Assembly (NCBI GenBank): GCA_964589445.1
Contig: CAZPQX010000004.1
Location: forward strand, 17,632-81,631
Origin: an uncultured Candidatus Saccharibacteria bacterium
GTDB taxonomy: Bacteria > Patescibacteriota > Minisyncoccia > Phycocordibacterales > WO2-35-19
Length of the DNA stretch: 64,000 nt
Reading direction: 5' to 3'
Shown here one piece after another: positions 26,691 to 36,873 of this stretch (position 1 is its first letter; the number at the start of each line of letters is the position of its first letter). Under the pieces are notes generated by a model. The model was given only the letters and a program-made list of their open reading frames with translations. It searched no databases and was not told the DNA's origin. The position numbers were made by a program, and so were the translations under genes.

Positions 26691-28469
26691 TTACTGAACA
26701 ACTATCTCAATCCAAGTGTTTGCTGGTACCAAGCCTCCAAAAGCTGCTATTTGGTTGCTTGGATTGTTGTTTGTGCCTATTGAGACAATGTGCTGAGCAT
26801 TTGCTGGGCTTGGATTGTTCTCAGTGAGCAGTCTTATTTTAGATACATTTTTGGTTGATCCATAGTCGAGGACTATCCAGCCAGTACGATCCATCCTTGT
26901 GTTGTCTATGTTTGCAGCTATGCAAGCGTCTATTGTTTCGTTTAGTTTGGACCAGTCACAGCCTGGGGCAGTTTCTCCCGCATTCCATGTTGTGCTTATA
27001 TTTCCGTCATAAACCTTGTTTGCACCACCTGTATTGTTGTCTCTAAAGTAACTGTTTTTACACCACTCACAACTTACTTGGCCTGATGTTGGAGTTATTT
27101 TATTTCCCTGCAAATCATAAATTTCTATTTCTCTCCAACCTACCCAAGACCTACTCTTTGTATCAACTTTTAAATATCTGAAAGAAAGGGGACCTGTAAT
27201 TGTCTTTGAAGGGGAGAAGGTGGTAGGGATGGTAACAGTAGTACCTGTGTTTGTATTGCCTCCAGTACTTGTGTTGCCGGTGCCATTTAATTGAGCTAAG
27301 AGTGAATCTATAAGTGCTTGCAAACTACTTATCTGGGTTTGTAGTCCGCCTGCGGTGGTATTGCTGCCTGTAGTTGAGCCTCCTGTGGTGGACCCGCCGG
27401 TGTTCGAAGATGAGCAGGTCATTTTTGAATTCATAAAACTCAAAGTTGATGGACCTACAAACCCGCTACCTCGAGTCAAACCAACAGGGGAGAGTATGTA
27501 AGAAGCATACTTTTCTTGGTAAGCGATCACAGCATTATAAACTTGTGTATCGAAGGTTGTCTTTGATTGAGACAACAAGCCTTCTTTTACTAGTTCTGCT
27601 GTGAGTAGCGCTACTTCTGATCCGCTGTCTCCCATTCTTAGGCTAGAGGTTATCCTGGCGCAACTACTATTGTTTGTGGCTGTTGAGTTGTTGCTAGGTG
27701 TAATTGGGCTCGTTGGTGTTGTGAAGGTTGGGAGGGTGTAGCTTGAGCTTCCGGAAGTGATAAATGAAAGTGCATTTTTGGCTGCATTTACTTGGTTTGC
27801 CACAACTCCACTTATTGTAGTGGGGTAGTTTGTGCTACCTGAAGCAAATCCTGACCCCGTGCTTGTATTTGTGTTGGTATTTGTACTAGTGTTGTTTGTG
27901 CCCGTGTTTGTGTTGGTGGGAGTTGCACTAGTAAATAGAGACCATGTCGGGTTTAGATTTGAGTTTGTGAGTGCTGTGCCGTTATATCCTGCGAGTAGCA
28001 CAGCGTCGTGTCCAGTGCTCCCGTTTACTGTACAAGGAATATTGTAGTAGTAACCAGGAAGCCCTGGTGCAGATAATGGGTATGTAGCGATGCTTACTTG
28101 GCAGCTCACATTTAGTCCTCTCGCAAGACCTTCTTGTCTTGCTATTTGTGCACAAGCCAGGGCATCCTCCATGTTTAGTCTTGGATCACCGGTACATACA
28201 GTAGAGCTGGAGTTGCTATCGGAATTTGAATTATCAGAATTATTTGTACCCACATTGGAAAGATTTTGGTAGAAAGTTCCGTAGTAAGTTTGATTTGCTT
28301 GTTGTAGCTGGCTCTGTGTTGCAGGCTGTCCTGTAGCAGGATCTGTACCAGTAGAGAGTATTATCCTGGCTATTTCCTGATCAGAAGTTAGAGTTGATTG
28401 TGCAAATCCGTAAAATGGGTAAACAAGAAATAAGGAAAGAGTCAGGATTGATATTGTTTTTTTATTCAT
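26691..28469 (-). CDS. Secreted protein with peptidoglycan-binding-like domain, Q-rich heptad motif and C-terminal F5/8 type C (discoidin) domain
   Basis: Signal peptide; MGDSGSEVALLTAELVKEGLL (PG_binding_1-like); LQTQISSLQALIDSLLAQLNG; C-terminal KVYDGNISTTWNAG...WIVLDYG discoidin signature; Thr/Asn-rich linkers. Confidence 0.65.
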   Translation of the reverse strand: MNKKTISILTLSLFLVYPFYGFAQSTLTSDQEIARIILSTGTDPATGQPATQSQLQQANQTYYGTFYQNLSNVGTNNSDNSNSDSNSSSTVCTGDPRLNMEDALACAQIARQEGLARGLNVSCQVSIATYPLSAPGLPGYYYNIPCTVNGSTGHDAVLLAGYNGTALTNSNLNPTWSLFTSATPTNTNTGTNNTSTNTNTNTSTGSGFASGSTNYPTTISGVVANQVNAAKNALSFITSGSSSYTLPTFTTPTSPITPSNNSTATNNSSCARITSSLRMGDSGSEVALLTAELVKEGLLSQSKTTFDTQVYNAVIAYQEKYASYILSPVGLTRGSGFVGPSTLSFMNSKMTCSSSNTGGSTTGGSTTGSNTTAGGLQTQISSLQALIDSLLAQLNGTGNTSTGGNTNTGTTVTIPTTFSPSKTITGPLSFRYLKVDTKSRSWVGWREIEIYDLQGNKITPTSGQVSCEWCKNSYFRDNNTGGANKVYDGNISTTWNAGETAPGCDWSKLNETIDACIAANIDNTRMDRTGWIVLDYGSTKNVSKIRLLTENNPSPANAQHIVSIGTNNNPSNQIAAFGGLVPANTWIEIVVQ

Positions 28470-28482
28470 GTTTTTTGTCTAA

Positions 28483-31197
28483 CTACTTAGTAGTACATGA
28501 CCATGTTTCATCTTTAAATACCTGATTTGCTTGTCCAAAGTTACATACCGCTGCAGTTCTAAACCAGTATTTTGTTTTTGGTTTAAGACCCGTGACCTGT
28601 ATGCCGCCTCCTGCCATATCACCATCTTGTTGTGCATACCCCACATTCACACCCCATATCTGGTCTAGCTTCAAGAAACACTCTGAGGCATTGGCGCAAC
28701 CTCCTTTGACTGCTGCTTCACCTTTACCACCGTTATCCTCTGCTACTCTAAGGACCATTCTTGCATTAGGGAAGTTTTTTGGATACCAAGCCGTTGTTAC
28801 AGGAAGTCCGACATCAACCATTGTTGATGTAACATTTGAACAGCTACTATTTCCTGTCCAACCTACTTGAGGCATACCAACTTTTGTAAAGTCTAGGGTA
28901 GCCAGTGCTTGTTCACATGAAGAAGTAAATGTGGGGGCAGCAGGGGGATTTACTTTTGTTCCATAATCTCCGCTCTTGTACTCTGTATTTACTTGTCCAT
29001 TTAGGAATATATTTTTGCTATCTCCAAATATTCCATTGTCTGCTACTACGCGCACAAAGAAGTTTGCTTGTGTTTTTTGTACTGCTTGATCGAGCACACC
29101 TCCAGATAGGCTTCCGTATAATCTACTTCCAGCGTGTACCTGTCCCGGTACTGGTAGGGAAGTCTCTGGAGGTATCGTGAAGTTAAATGTGTTCACACCT
29201 TGTCCACTAGAAATACCTTCAGCAAGAGTTGCCTCCACACCCAGTTCGTTTTCGTGTCCAGGCACTACTCCTCTTGTAAGAAGATATATACTTACATTTC
29301 TTACTCCGCTTGGAGCCTGCCAAGAAACTGTACCAGTCCTATCTGAGGTTGTATTGACACTAACATTTACTATACCCATACACGACTGAGGTACTGTTGT
29401 AAGTGTGGTTGCTGTATTAGGTCTAAATACACCTTTTGTTGCGTCATATGTTACGTCCCAAGCACCAGCTGCTTTTCTAGCCAATTCTGCATTAAAGTAC
29501 CATAGCCACTGATACCAACCTTGAGGTTCTCCATGTGGGGATGAGGCTCCAAAATCATTACCTACAGCTGAACTTGCTTCTCCTACAAATAATTTTTCTC
29601 CGCGCTCTCCTAGGCTACATGATGTTGCTCTACCCCAATATTGCTGGTTTGCACTACAGAAACCGTCTGGGGTGCCATCTCCAACTCCACAGTATTCACC
29701 GACGCTGCATGATGCGTCGTCAAACCCTAGTCTTTTTGCTTGTGATACGAATAGGTCGGCACATTCTTGGGCATATCTTCTCTGGTCAGCCAAGCTTACT
29801 GTGTTTATAACCTTTCCGTCCGGACCTGCGTGGTTGAACCCAGCACCACCCGCTGCATAGTGACACCTTTGCCAAGTTTTCATTTCTTGAGCTAGACTTG
29901 AAGAAACTGTAAATCTTGGTGAAATAGCAGTTCCTGGTGAGAATTTCTGATTTCCTAGTGCCGCAAGACACGAATTAACATTTTCTGATTTTGGAGTTGA
30001 AGCGGGGCATTGATCAAACTGACAACTCTTCAAATTGTTTCTATATGTAAGGCTTCCATCTGGGCATACCTCAGGATAAGGGTCACATGTGCCGTATATT
30101 CCTGTTATCTTACTATTATTTTCACATTCAGAGAATGAACATATTCCTCCTGCAAAAATTTTTCCGTGGGCCGTTGTTCTGTTAGGGCAAACCCTTAGAG
30201 TGTCAGTAGGACAAACGTTATTAGGAGGATTTACAATAGTTACAGTCATGGTCTTGGCATTTGTTAAGGAGTTTGCTTGGGCTACAGTAGGACATTGTTC
30301 ATTTGAACATACTGCTGTACCCGTGTTAGTACAGATTACGAAATTTTTACATTGAGAATCTGAAGTATAAACTTTTGCGGTTACTACCTGGGTACCTGTT
30401 GGATACCCTGCGTAAGGATCTTGTGGAACTGGGCGAGTTATTATTGTTAGTGGCCCTGTTGCTGTGTTGGTCGAGCTTCCTGTTGTTGTAGTGCCGGTTG
30501 TACCTATAGGAATGTTTGCTACTGTTGTATTTCCACCAAGTTTTGCCAAGAGAGATTGTACTATTGCAAGGAGTTGGTTTATTTGAGCCTGGAGGCCTGC
30601 GATCGTTTGGTCTCCAGATGTGGTTGTTGTGGTGGTCGTAGTATCTGCTGTAACTGAAGTACCTCCTCTTGAGATTGGTATTTCCGAAACTGACATAACT
30701 CTGCCACTTTCGTTCCTAGTATTGAAATATACGCTTCTTATTATTGCACATTCTGGGTCGCTGCTACCAAGACTTTCATTACATAGACTGCTTGGTCCAG
30801 CGAAATATTTAACTACATACCTTGTCGCCGGATCGAGTTTTACTGCTAGTGGATTTGATGATGTGCGTTCTCTTCCAGCGGGGTCTACGTCTACTACATA
30901 GGAGTATTCATTTGTAGCAGGGGCTACAACGAACCTACCTTCAGAGTCCCGAGTTCTTTTCCATGTGAAATTGTATGTCCACTTGCCTCCACTAAACTCG
31001 ATTGCTTGTGTTTGGAGAAGGAAATTTACATCCCCAGAGTCTGTTAGTGTTGCTACTGGGTATGATGTGCTTTGAGCGAAAGCGCCCATCTTTGATCCAA
31101 GAAACACAGCAGACAAAATCAGTATCACGGCCGCTGGCAGGGTAGCTGAAATTATTTTTTTATTTAACATAAACCTTATTTTTAATTTAATCCACAA
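28483..31197 (-). CDS. Giant secreted Cys-rich protein (904 aa) with FN3-like C-terminal domains and Q-rich heptad motif
   Basis: Signal peptide/TM; poly-Thr (TTTTTTTT) linker; LQAQINQLLAIVQSLLAKLGG; FN3-like segments (TGTVSWQAP...; LKPKTKYWFRTAAV). Confidence 0.65.
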   Translation of the reverse strand: MWIKLKIRFMLNKKIISATLPAAVILILSAVFLGSKMGAFAQSTSYPVATLTDSGDVNFLLQTQAIEFSGGKWTYNFTWKRTRDSEGRFVVAPATNEYSYVVDVDPAGRERTSSNPLAVKLDPATRYVVKYFAGPSSLCNESLGSSDPECAIIRSVYFNTRNESGRVMSVSEIPISRGGTSVTADTTTTTTTTSGDQTIAGLQAQINQLLAIVQSLLAKLGGNTTVANIPIGTTGTTTTGSSTNTATGPLTIITRPVPQDPYAGYPTGTQVVTAKVYTSDSQCKNFVICTNTGTAVCSNEQCPTVAQANSLTNAKTMTVTIVNPPNNVCPTDTLRVCPNRTTAHGKIFAGGICSFSECENNSKITGIYGTCDPYPEVCPDGSLTYRNNLKSCQFDQCPASTPKSENVNSCLAALGNQKFSPGTAISPRFTVSSSLAQEMKTWQRCHYAAGGAGFNHAGPDGKVINTVSLADQRRYAQECADLFVSQAKRLGFDDASCSVGEYCGVGDGTPDGFCSANQQYWGRATSCSLGERGEKLFVGEASSAVGNDFGASSPHGEPQGWYQWLWYFNAELARKAAGAWDVTYDATKGVFRPNTATTLTTVPQSCMGIVNVSVNTTSDRTGTVSWQAPSGVRNVSIYLLTRGVVPGHENELGVEATLAEGISSGQGVNTFNFTIPPETSLPVPGQVHAGSRLYGSLSGGVLDQAVQKTQANFFVRVVADNGIFGDSKNIFLNGQVNTEYKSGDYGTKVNPPAAPTFTSSCEQALATLDFTKVGMPQVGWTGNSSCSNVTSTMVDVGLPVTTAWYPKNFPNARMVLRVAEDNGGKGEAAVKGGCANASECFLKLDQIWGVNVGYAQQDGDMAGGGIQVTGLKPKTKYWFRTAAVCNFGQANQVFKDETWSCTTK

Positions 31198-31310
31198 TTA
31201 ATAAAATTCTCTTTTTTCAGAGATTGATAACTAATAAAATTATCGCAATTTGGTACCTTTGTGTCTATCGCGTGTGTGTATAAGTTGATATAATTTTTTA
31301 AAACAAAACA

Positions 31311-34001
31311 ATGTTCCCACACACAAAAACAATACCCGAGGTGATGACAATCTTAGACTCTAGTGAGGGTGGTTTAACCGAGACCCAGGTATCTGAAAGG
31401 TTTTTAAAATATGGGCACAACAAACTCCCCGAAGAGAAAAAAGAAACTATCCTAAGTATTTTTTTAAGGCAATTTCAAAGTCCTCTCATATATCTCCTTC
31501 TCCTGGCTGCTATTACGGTTTTTATTATGGGTGATGTGACAGAGGCACTTATAATATTTGTTGTTCTTTTTATAAATGCACTTATTGGGATGGTGCAAGA
31601 AGGTAGGGTGCAGAATACACTCTCTGCTCTTAAGAAGTTTTCCGAGACATCTGCCACTGTCTTGCGTAATGGTCGCGAAGTAATTGTTAAAGATTACGAA
31701 ATAGTTCCAGGTGACATCATAATCCTTCAAGAGGGAGAAAAGGTGCCTTCTGATGCCAGGATTATTTTTGAGAACTCTCTTAAGGTGGACGAAGCAAGTC
31801 TTACAGGTGAGTCTATGCCTGTTATTAAGACATCCAAAGAGATGGAAGATAAAAATACTCCCATATCAGATCAAAAGAATATGGTTTTTAAGGGCACCAA
31901 TATATTAAGCGGTAATGCGACAGCTGTTGTCGTGTCTACTGGTATAAATACAGAGATAGGTAAGATAGCCCAAAAAATATCATCAATCGATACAGAAATC
32001 CCTCTCAAAAAAAATATAAAATATTTATCTCAGCTTGTCATAGCGGTTGTAGTTTCGATTAGTGTCATTTTGTTTATCGTTGGAATTTTTGTAGGTAAAG
32101 ATCCTAAAGAAATATTTAGAGTAGTTGTAGCTCTTTCAGTCTCTGTAATTCCAGAAGGTTTACCAATCGTAATGACTCTTATTTTGGCGACAGGCGTAAG
32201 GCGAATGTCAAAGAGTAATGTTTTAGTGAAGAGGTTACAGGCCGTAGAGGCCTTAGGTCAGACAAAGGTCATTGCAGTGGATAAAACAGGTACTCTTACT
32301 AGAAATGAAATGGTTGTCCAAAAAGTTTTTGTTGGAGGGAAACTTTTTGAAGTTGATGGAAAAGGTTATGAGCCAAATGGCGATATTGTTTTTGGAGGCA
32401 ATATAATAGAGCCCCTTAGTCACGCAGATATTTTACTAAGTGGTAAGGTTGCCGCCTTTTGTGCAAACGCAAAAATTTCTTTCCTTGAAGAGGAGAAACT
32501 TTGGAGGGTCACTGGGGATCCAACAGAGGCTGCCATGTTGGTGTTCTCAAAAAAAGTGGGATTTTCTAAAGAAACAATCGAGAACGAATTCCCTAAAGTA
32601 CTAGAAATTCCTTTTAACTATAAAAATAAATATCATGCCGTAGTCAGGAAGTTTCAAGAGGGTAATTTTTTAAGTGTAGTCGGTGCCCCAGAGAGTGTAC
32701 TTGGTAAATGTTCAAGAATTTTTGAAAATGGAAAATATCAAAAGCTTACTGAGCAAAAAATAAAAGAGATAGAACAAACGTTTTTTGATTTGGCTAGACA
32801 AGGGCTTCGTGTCATAGCTTTTGCTGTAAATGAAAATTTAAAAAAAATAGAAGACGCAGGTACGGATCATTTGCCGGAGCTTGCCTTCGCAGGCTTTTTT
32901 GGGATGAAAGATGCGCTTAGGTTTGAAGTCAAAGATTCGGTTGAAAAGGTGAGGAAGGCTGGGATGAGAGTGGTCATGATAACTGGGGATCATGTGCTAA
33001 CTGCAGAGGCCATAGGCAAGGAAGCTGGTATTTGGAGACATGGAGACATCATCATTACAGGAGAGGAGATAGAGTCTTTAAGTGATGATTTACTTATAAA
33101 AAAACTTCCAAAGACAACTATATTTGCGAGAGTCACTCCTGAACATAAATTTAGGATAATCGAAGCATTTAAAAAAACAGGTGAAGTGGTAGCCATGACC
33201 GGGGATGGTGTAAACGATGCGCCGTCTCTCGTTGCTGCAGACTTAGGGGTTGCGATGGGTAAGATAGGTACTGAAGTCGCAAAAGAGGCTTCTGACATTG
33301 TTTTACTCGATGACAATTTTGAAGGTATTGTGAGCGCTGCTGAGGAGGGAAGGTCTATTTATAAAACAATAAAGAAAGTAATTTTGTATCTTTTCTCAAC
33401 TAGCGCAGCTGAAATAGTAGTTATAGTCGTCGCGGTGTTCTCAGGTTTTCCTTTGTTGTTTCTGGCTACTCAAATAATATGGTTAAACTTTGTGACGGAT
33501 GGATTTCTTGTGCTCGCTCTATCTATGGAATCAAAAGAAAAAGGCCTTATAAACAACACTTTTGAAAAACCTAAAAAATGGATAATAGATGGACTGATGG
33601 CAGAAAGGATGTTACTTATGGCAATAGTGATGGCACTCGGCACTCTCTATTTGTTTAAAATTTCCTTACCTCAAAATTTTGGAGAAGCGGATCTTTTAAA
33701 ATCCCAAAGTATAGCCCTGACTGCCTTAGCTGTATTTCAATGGTTTAATGCTTGGAACTGTAGATCTGAAAAGAAGTCTGTTTTTACTAAAAATCCTTTT
33801 TCAAATATTCATCTTGTATTTGCAACACTTATCGTTATTATGCTACAAATACTCGCTCTAAATACTAGTTTTTTACAAAAGATATTGCATACGGTGCCAC
33901 TTTCTTTTGGTGATTGGCAGATGGTATTAATCGTTTCTATTTCAATAATAGTAGTCGAAGAAATAAGGAAGGGTGTTTATAATTTAATGTATTCAAAATG
34001 A
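31311..34001 (+). CDS. P-type cation-transporting ATPase (P2-type, Ca2+/Mg2+-like)
   Basis: DKTGTLT phosphorylation site, TGES, GDGVNDAPSL hinge motif, 10 predicted TM helices. Confidence 0.9.
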   Translation: MFPHTKTIPEVMTILDSSEGGLTETQVSERFLKYGHNKLPEEKKETILSIFLRQFQSPLIYLLLLAAITVFIMGDVTEALIIFVVLFINALIGMVQEGRVQNTLSALKKFSETSATVLRNGREVIVKDYEIVPGDIIILQEGEKVPSDARIIFENSLKVDEASLTGESMPVIKTSKEMEDKNTPISDQKNMVFKGTNILSGNATAVVVSTGINTEIGKIAQKISSIDTEIPLKKNIKYLSQLVIAVVVSISVILFIVGIFVGKDPKEIFRVVVALSVSVIPEGLPIVMTLILATGVRRMSKSNVLVKRLQAVEALGQTKVIAVDKTGTLTRNEMVVQKVFVGGKLFEVDGKGYEPNGDIVFGGNIIEPLSHADILLSGKVAAFCANAKISFLEEEKLWRVTGDPTEAAMLVFSKKVGFSKETIENEFPKVLEIPFNYKNKYHAVVRKFQEGNFLSVVGAPESVLGKCSRIFENGKYQKLTEQKIKEIEQTFFDLARQGLRVIAFAVNENLKKIEDAGTDHLPELAFAGFFGMKDALRFEVKDSVEKVRKAGMRVVMITGDHVLTAEAIGKEAGIWRHGDIIITGEEIESLSDDLLIKKLPKTTIFARVTPEHKFRIIEAFKKTGEVVAMTGDGVNDAPSLVAADLGVAMGKIGTEVAKEASDIVLLDDNFEGIVSAAEEGRSIYKTIKKVILYLFSTSAAEIVVIVVAVFSGFPLLFLATQIIWLNFVTDGFLVLALSMESKEKGLINNTFEKPKKWIIDGLMAERMLLMAIVMALGTLYLFKISLPQNFGEADLLKSQSIALTALAVFQWFNAWNCRSEKKSVFTKNPFSNIHLVFATLIVIMLQILALNTSFLQKILHTVPLSFGDWQMVLIVSISIIVVEEIRKGVYNLMYSK

Positions 34002-34378
34002 GATATTTAGGTGTTGATTTCGGAGCAAAAAGAGTAGGCCTTTCTCTTTCTGATGAAAATTTATCTTTTGCATTACCGCACTCTGTTTTAGATAATGATA
34101 AAAAGATAATTGGAAAAATTAAAAAAATTATTTCTGAAAATAATGTAGGGATGGTTATTTTGGGTGAATCTCTTGATTATGCAGGTAAACCAAACAAGAT
34201 AATGGAGAAGATAGAAGAGTTTAAAAAAAACTTACAAGAAGAAACTAAAATTAGTATAATATTTGAACCAGAATTCATGACATCATCCCAAGCAAAACTT
34301 TTGCAGGGTGAAAATAAAATGCATGATGCATCCGCAGCAAGTTTGATACTCCAAAGTTATTTAAATAAATTAAAATAA
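33998..34378 (+). CDS. ruvX: YqgF/RuvX putative pre-16S rRNA nuclease / Holliday junction resolvase-like
   Basis: MRYLGVDFGAKRVGLSLSD N-terminus typical of the RNase H-fold YqgF family. Overlaps the ATPase stop by 4 nt. Confidence 0.8.
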   Translation: MRYLGVDFGAKRVGLSLSDENLSFALPHSVLDNDKKIIGKIKKIISENNVGMVILGESLDYAGKPNKIMEKIEEFKKNLQEETKISIIFEPEFMTSSQAKLLQGENKMHDASAASLILQSYLNKLK

Positions 34379-34408
34379 TTTTATTTGTGATATAATTTTT
34401 TATGAATT

Positions 34409-35371
34409 ATGAATCTTGTTTTTATATCTAAATATTTTCCTACTCCAGAATTTATAAACCCTAGACACATAGGAGTTTCCTTTTCTGATTCAAATATCAA
34501 AGCCATATATTTCCATTCTGAAAGTAATAACTCCGAAATAAAAAGTGTGGTAATACCACTTGAAAAAGGTATCATATCAGAGGGTAAAATCCTCGATGAA
34601 AAGCGTTTGATACCAAAGATTTCTGCACTCAAAGAAGTTTTTGATTCTAGGTTTATATTCTTTACTCTACCAGACGAACTTACTTTTGTATTCAATGTTT
34701 CTGTGCCTGTAAATAAAAAAGATGATGTGACTGAAAGCGTTTCTTTTATGATTGAAGAAAATGTACCTTTTAAACTTTCAGAAACTATTTTTGATTTTGT
34801 GCCTACGGATTTAACAAGTATTCCCGGAGGCTATCAATCTAGAGTGGTTGTTGTTGCTTCTGAAAAAACAGAAACAGAAAAATTTGTAAAGTGTGTAAGA
34901 CTGGCGGGTTTTGATTCCCTTGGTTGTATCCATGAGTCCCAGGCAATAGCAAACGCTCTATTGTCTCCCAAGTTGGGAGGGATGGTTTCTATAGTGCACG
35001 CAAGACAGGAAAGGGTGGGTATATATCTGGTCAAGGACAAAGTAGTTTACTTTTCTACAATTAGAAATTTAGAGGGAGGGGACTACAAAACACAGTTTCT
35101 AGACGAATATATGAAATTTTTAGAATATTCTATTCGTTATGGCAAAACTAAGGAACAGGTCATATCATCCACCTTTGTGTGTGGGGAGTTTGAATATGCT
35201 AAAAAATCAGTAGAGGCTTTGTCGGGCATTAAAGAAAATGTGGGCAATGTCAAACTTTCAAATGTTTGGACCAATGTTTTAGAAATAGAAAAAACAACAC
35301 CGTCGATAAGTTATGAGGAGTCTTTAAATTTCGCAGGACCTATTGGTGCTGTTATATCTGATTTAACATAA
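34409..35371 (+). CDS. pilM: Type IV pilus assembly protein PilM-like (actin-like ATPase fold)
   Basis: 320 aa cytoplasmic protein, first in an M-N-O-like cluster. N-terminal HIGVSFSDSNIKAIYF resembles the PilM GIDIGS.SIK motif. Assignment is by synteny and weak motif. Confidence 0.5.
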   Translation: MNLVFISKYFPTPEFINPRHIGVSFSDSNIKAIYFHSESNNSEIKSVVIPLEKGIISEGKILDEKRLIPKISALKEVFDSRFIFFTLPDELTFVFNVSVPVNKKDDVTESVSFMIEENVPFKLSETIFDFVPTDLTSIPGGYQSRVVVVASEKTETEKFVKCVRLAGFDSLGCIHESQAIANALLSPKLGGMVSIVHARQERVGIYLVKDKVVYFSTIRNLEGGDYKTQFLDEYMKFLEYSIRYGKTKEQVISSTFVCGEFEYAKKSVEALSGIKENVGNVKLSNVWTNVLEIEKTTPSISYEESLNFAGPIGAVISDLT

Positions 35372-35938
35372 ATGAATCTTTTACCAAGTGAAGAAAAAGA
35401 AATATTAAAGAAAGGTTTTAGAATCAGGGTTTTTATTCTGCTCAATATTTTTCTGACTATATTTTTTATTGCGGCTTCTATATTTTTGATACCATCATAT
35501 TTTTTAGCGAGAGAACAGCTTTCGGTCATTTATTCCTTAAATACCTCTATAAAACCTGAAGATGAAGAATCAATAAGTAAAACGCTTCTTGTGCCTGCAG
35601 AGCTTGAAAATAAAATTAAATTCTTCGAGACGAACTTGAGGAATAAAAAAACATTTGAAGCAATATCAGAGGTTGTTTCCTTAAAAAATTCGGGTATAAA
35701 AATTGGCTCGATCTTCTTTAGTAAGATACCAGAAGGTCCAGAGGCAAAAGTATCGATTTTGATTTCAGGTAGGGCAGAAAGGAGGGACTCTCTTATAAAT
35801 TTTCAGACAGCCCTTAGAGAGTCTCAAAAGTTTCAATCTGTGGATGTGCCAGTCTCTAGTCTTGCTAAGGATAAGGACTTACCGTTTTCGATAGATTTAA
35901 TAATCTCAAGAGAGAAAAATGAAAAATTGGATTCCTAA
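35372..35938 (+). CDS. pilN: PilN-like bitopic membrane protein
   Basis: 188 aa, single N-terminal TM then periplasmic domain; starts at the pilM stop. Confidence 0.45.
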   Translation: MNLLPSEEKEILKKGFRIRVFILLNIFLTIFFIAASIFLIPSYFLAREQLSVIYSLNTSIKPEDEESISKTLLVPAELENKIKFFETNLRNKKTFEAISEVVSLKNSGIKIGSIFFSKIPEGPEAKVSILISGRAERRDSLINFQTALRESQKFQSVDVPVSSLAKDKDLPFSIDLIISREKNEKLDS

Positions 35939-36446
35939 AAAAAGTTTGGTAATAGTTTCCTCTGCATTTTCTGTGGGATTCTTTCTTATTTATCTCATTT
36001 CTTCAATTTATGTTTTTTGGCAGATAGATAAGATTGAAAGTTATTATTCTGATACAGAGTCAAGATCTGGGAGGGAGGAGAGGGCAATGGCCATAAGGTT
36101 ATTTTCTGAGAATAATAAAGAACAGATAAATACTATTCGCAGTTTTTTTATAAAAGAAGGTGAAGAAGCTAATTTTATAGAGAATATAGAGCTTGCAGCA
36201 ACTAAATCAGGAGTCAAATTTGATATAGCAGAAATAAATATACAGAATAGTGAAAATCAAAACTTCAAAGAAAATGTTGAAGTTAATATGAAGGTTGAAG
36301 GTGATTGGGGTTCGATCATGTCATTTATTGATTCTTTGGAAAAAATGCCTTTTGGTACTTACGTTTATGATGTCGGTTTAGATAAGGGAAATAGTGTTTG
36401 GTCAGGCACTATTAATTTTTTAGTATTTAGAGAAAAGAATATATGA
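35919..36446 (+). CDS. pilO: PilO-like bitopic membrane protein
   Basis: 175 aa, N-terminal TM and coiled-coil; overlaps the pilN end by 20 nt. Confidence 0.4.
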   Translation: MKNWIPKKSLVIVSSAFSVGFFLIYLISSIYVFWQIDKIESYYSDTESRSGREERAMAIRLFSENNKEQINTIRSFFIKEGEEANFIENIELAATKSGVKFDIAEINIQNSENQNFKENVEVNMKVEGDWGSIMSFIDSLEKMPFGTYVYDVGLDKGNSVWSGTINFLVFREKNI

Positions 36447-36748
36447 ACCTTTCCTTTTTGAAATTCAATAGAAATGCGATGCCTGAAAATTCTTCTTTGC
36501 GACCGCTAATTTTCAACGTAAATCTTTATTGGTTTTTGATACTACTCGCTTCTTTATTTATTTTTATATTTGGAGCTGCTCTTGGATTCAAACTTTTTTC
36601 AACTTTGTATCTTGAGAGTTATAAAAAAGATACTTCTAATTTAAGTGCTAATGACCTTTTAGATCTTAAAAGACTTGAAAGAAATATAGAAAATAGGAAT
36701 AAATTTATTCTTTCCCCAAGAGAAATTCCAACTGACCCGTCGATATAA
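36443..36748 (+). CDS. Small membrane protein (101 aa), possibly PilP-like last gene of the pilMNO cluster
   Basis: Single TM (LYWFLILLASLFIFIFGAALGF); overlaps the upstream stop by 4 nt. Confidence 0.3.
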   Translation: MNLSFLKFNRNAMPENSSLRPLIFNVNLYWFLILLASLFIFIFGAALGFKLFSTLYLESYKKDTSNLSANDLLDLKRLERNIENRNKFILSPREIPTDPSI

Positions 36749-36757
36749 AATTATTTT

Positions 36758-36782
36758 AGTGTGTGCTTACGCCAGGAATCGC
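36758..36782 (-). pseudogene. Duplicated 3'-end fragment of tRNA-Arg (partial T-arm plus acceptor), possible att-site remnant
   Basis: tgtgcttacgccaggaatcg versus the tRNA-Arg 3' end tgtgctcccgccaggaatcg: 18/20 identical. Does not fold into a complete tRNA. Confidence 0.35.
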
Positions 36783-36873
36783 CTCTCGCTACGGTCGAGA
36801 TGCACCATTTTTATAGTCGCTAACACTCCTTAAAAATGGGCACCTTTGGTTCGATTCCTGCCGAGGCTATCTG

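Noticed and set aside
34381-34695. 104-aa minus-strand ORF overlapping the pilM-like gene start
   Set aside because: Overlaps an operon-embedded plus-strand gene; no motifs; AT-rich shadow frame.
36749-36870. An additional tRNA suggested by the plus-strand GGTTCGATTCC T-loop motif and the tRNA-Arg-like 3' fragment
   Set aside because: Neither strand gives a complete cloverleaf by hand folding. The T-stem would have only 3/5 pairs, and no complementary acceptor arm is found within 90 nt. Treated as a fragment or scar. Needs tRNAscan-SE to be sure.
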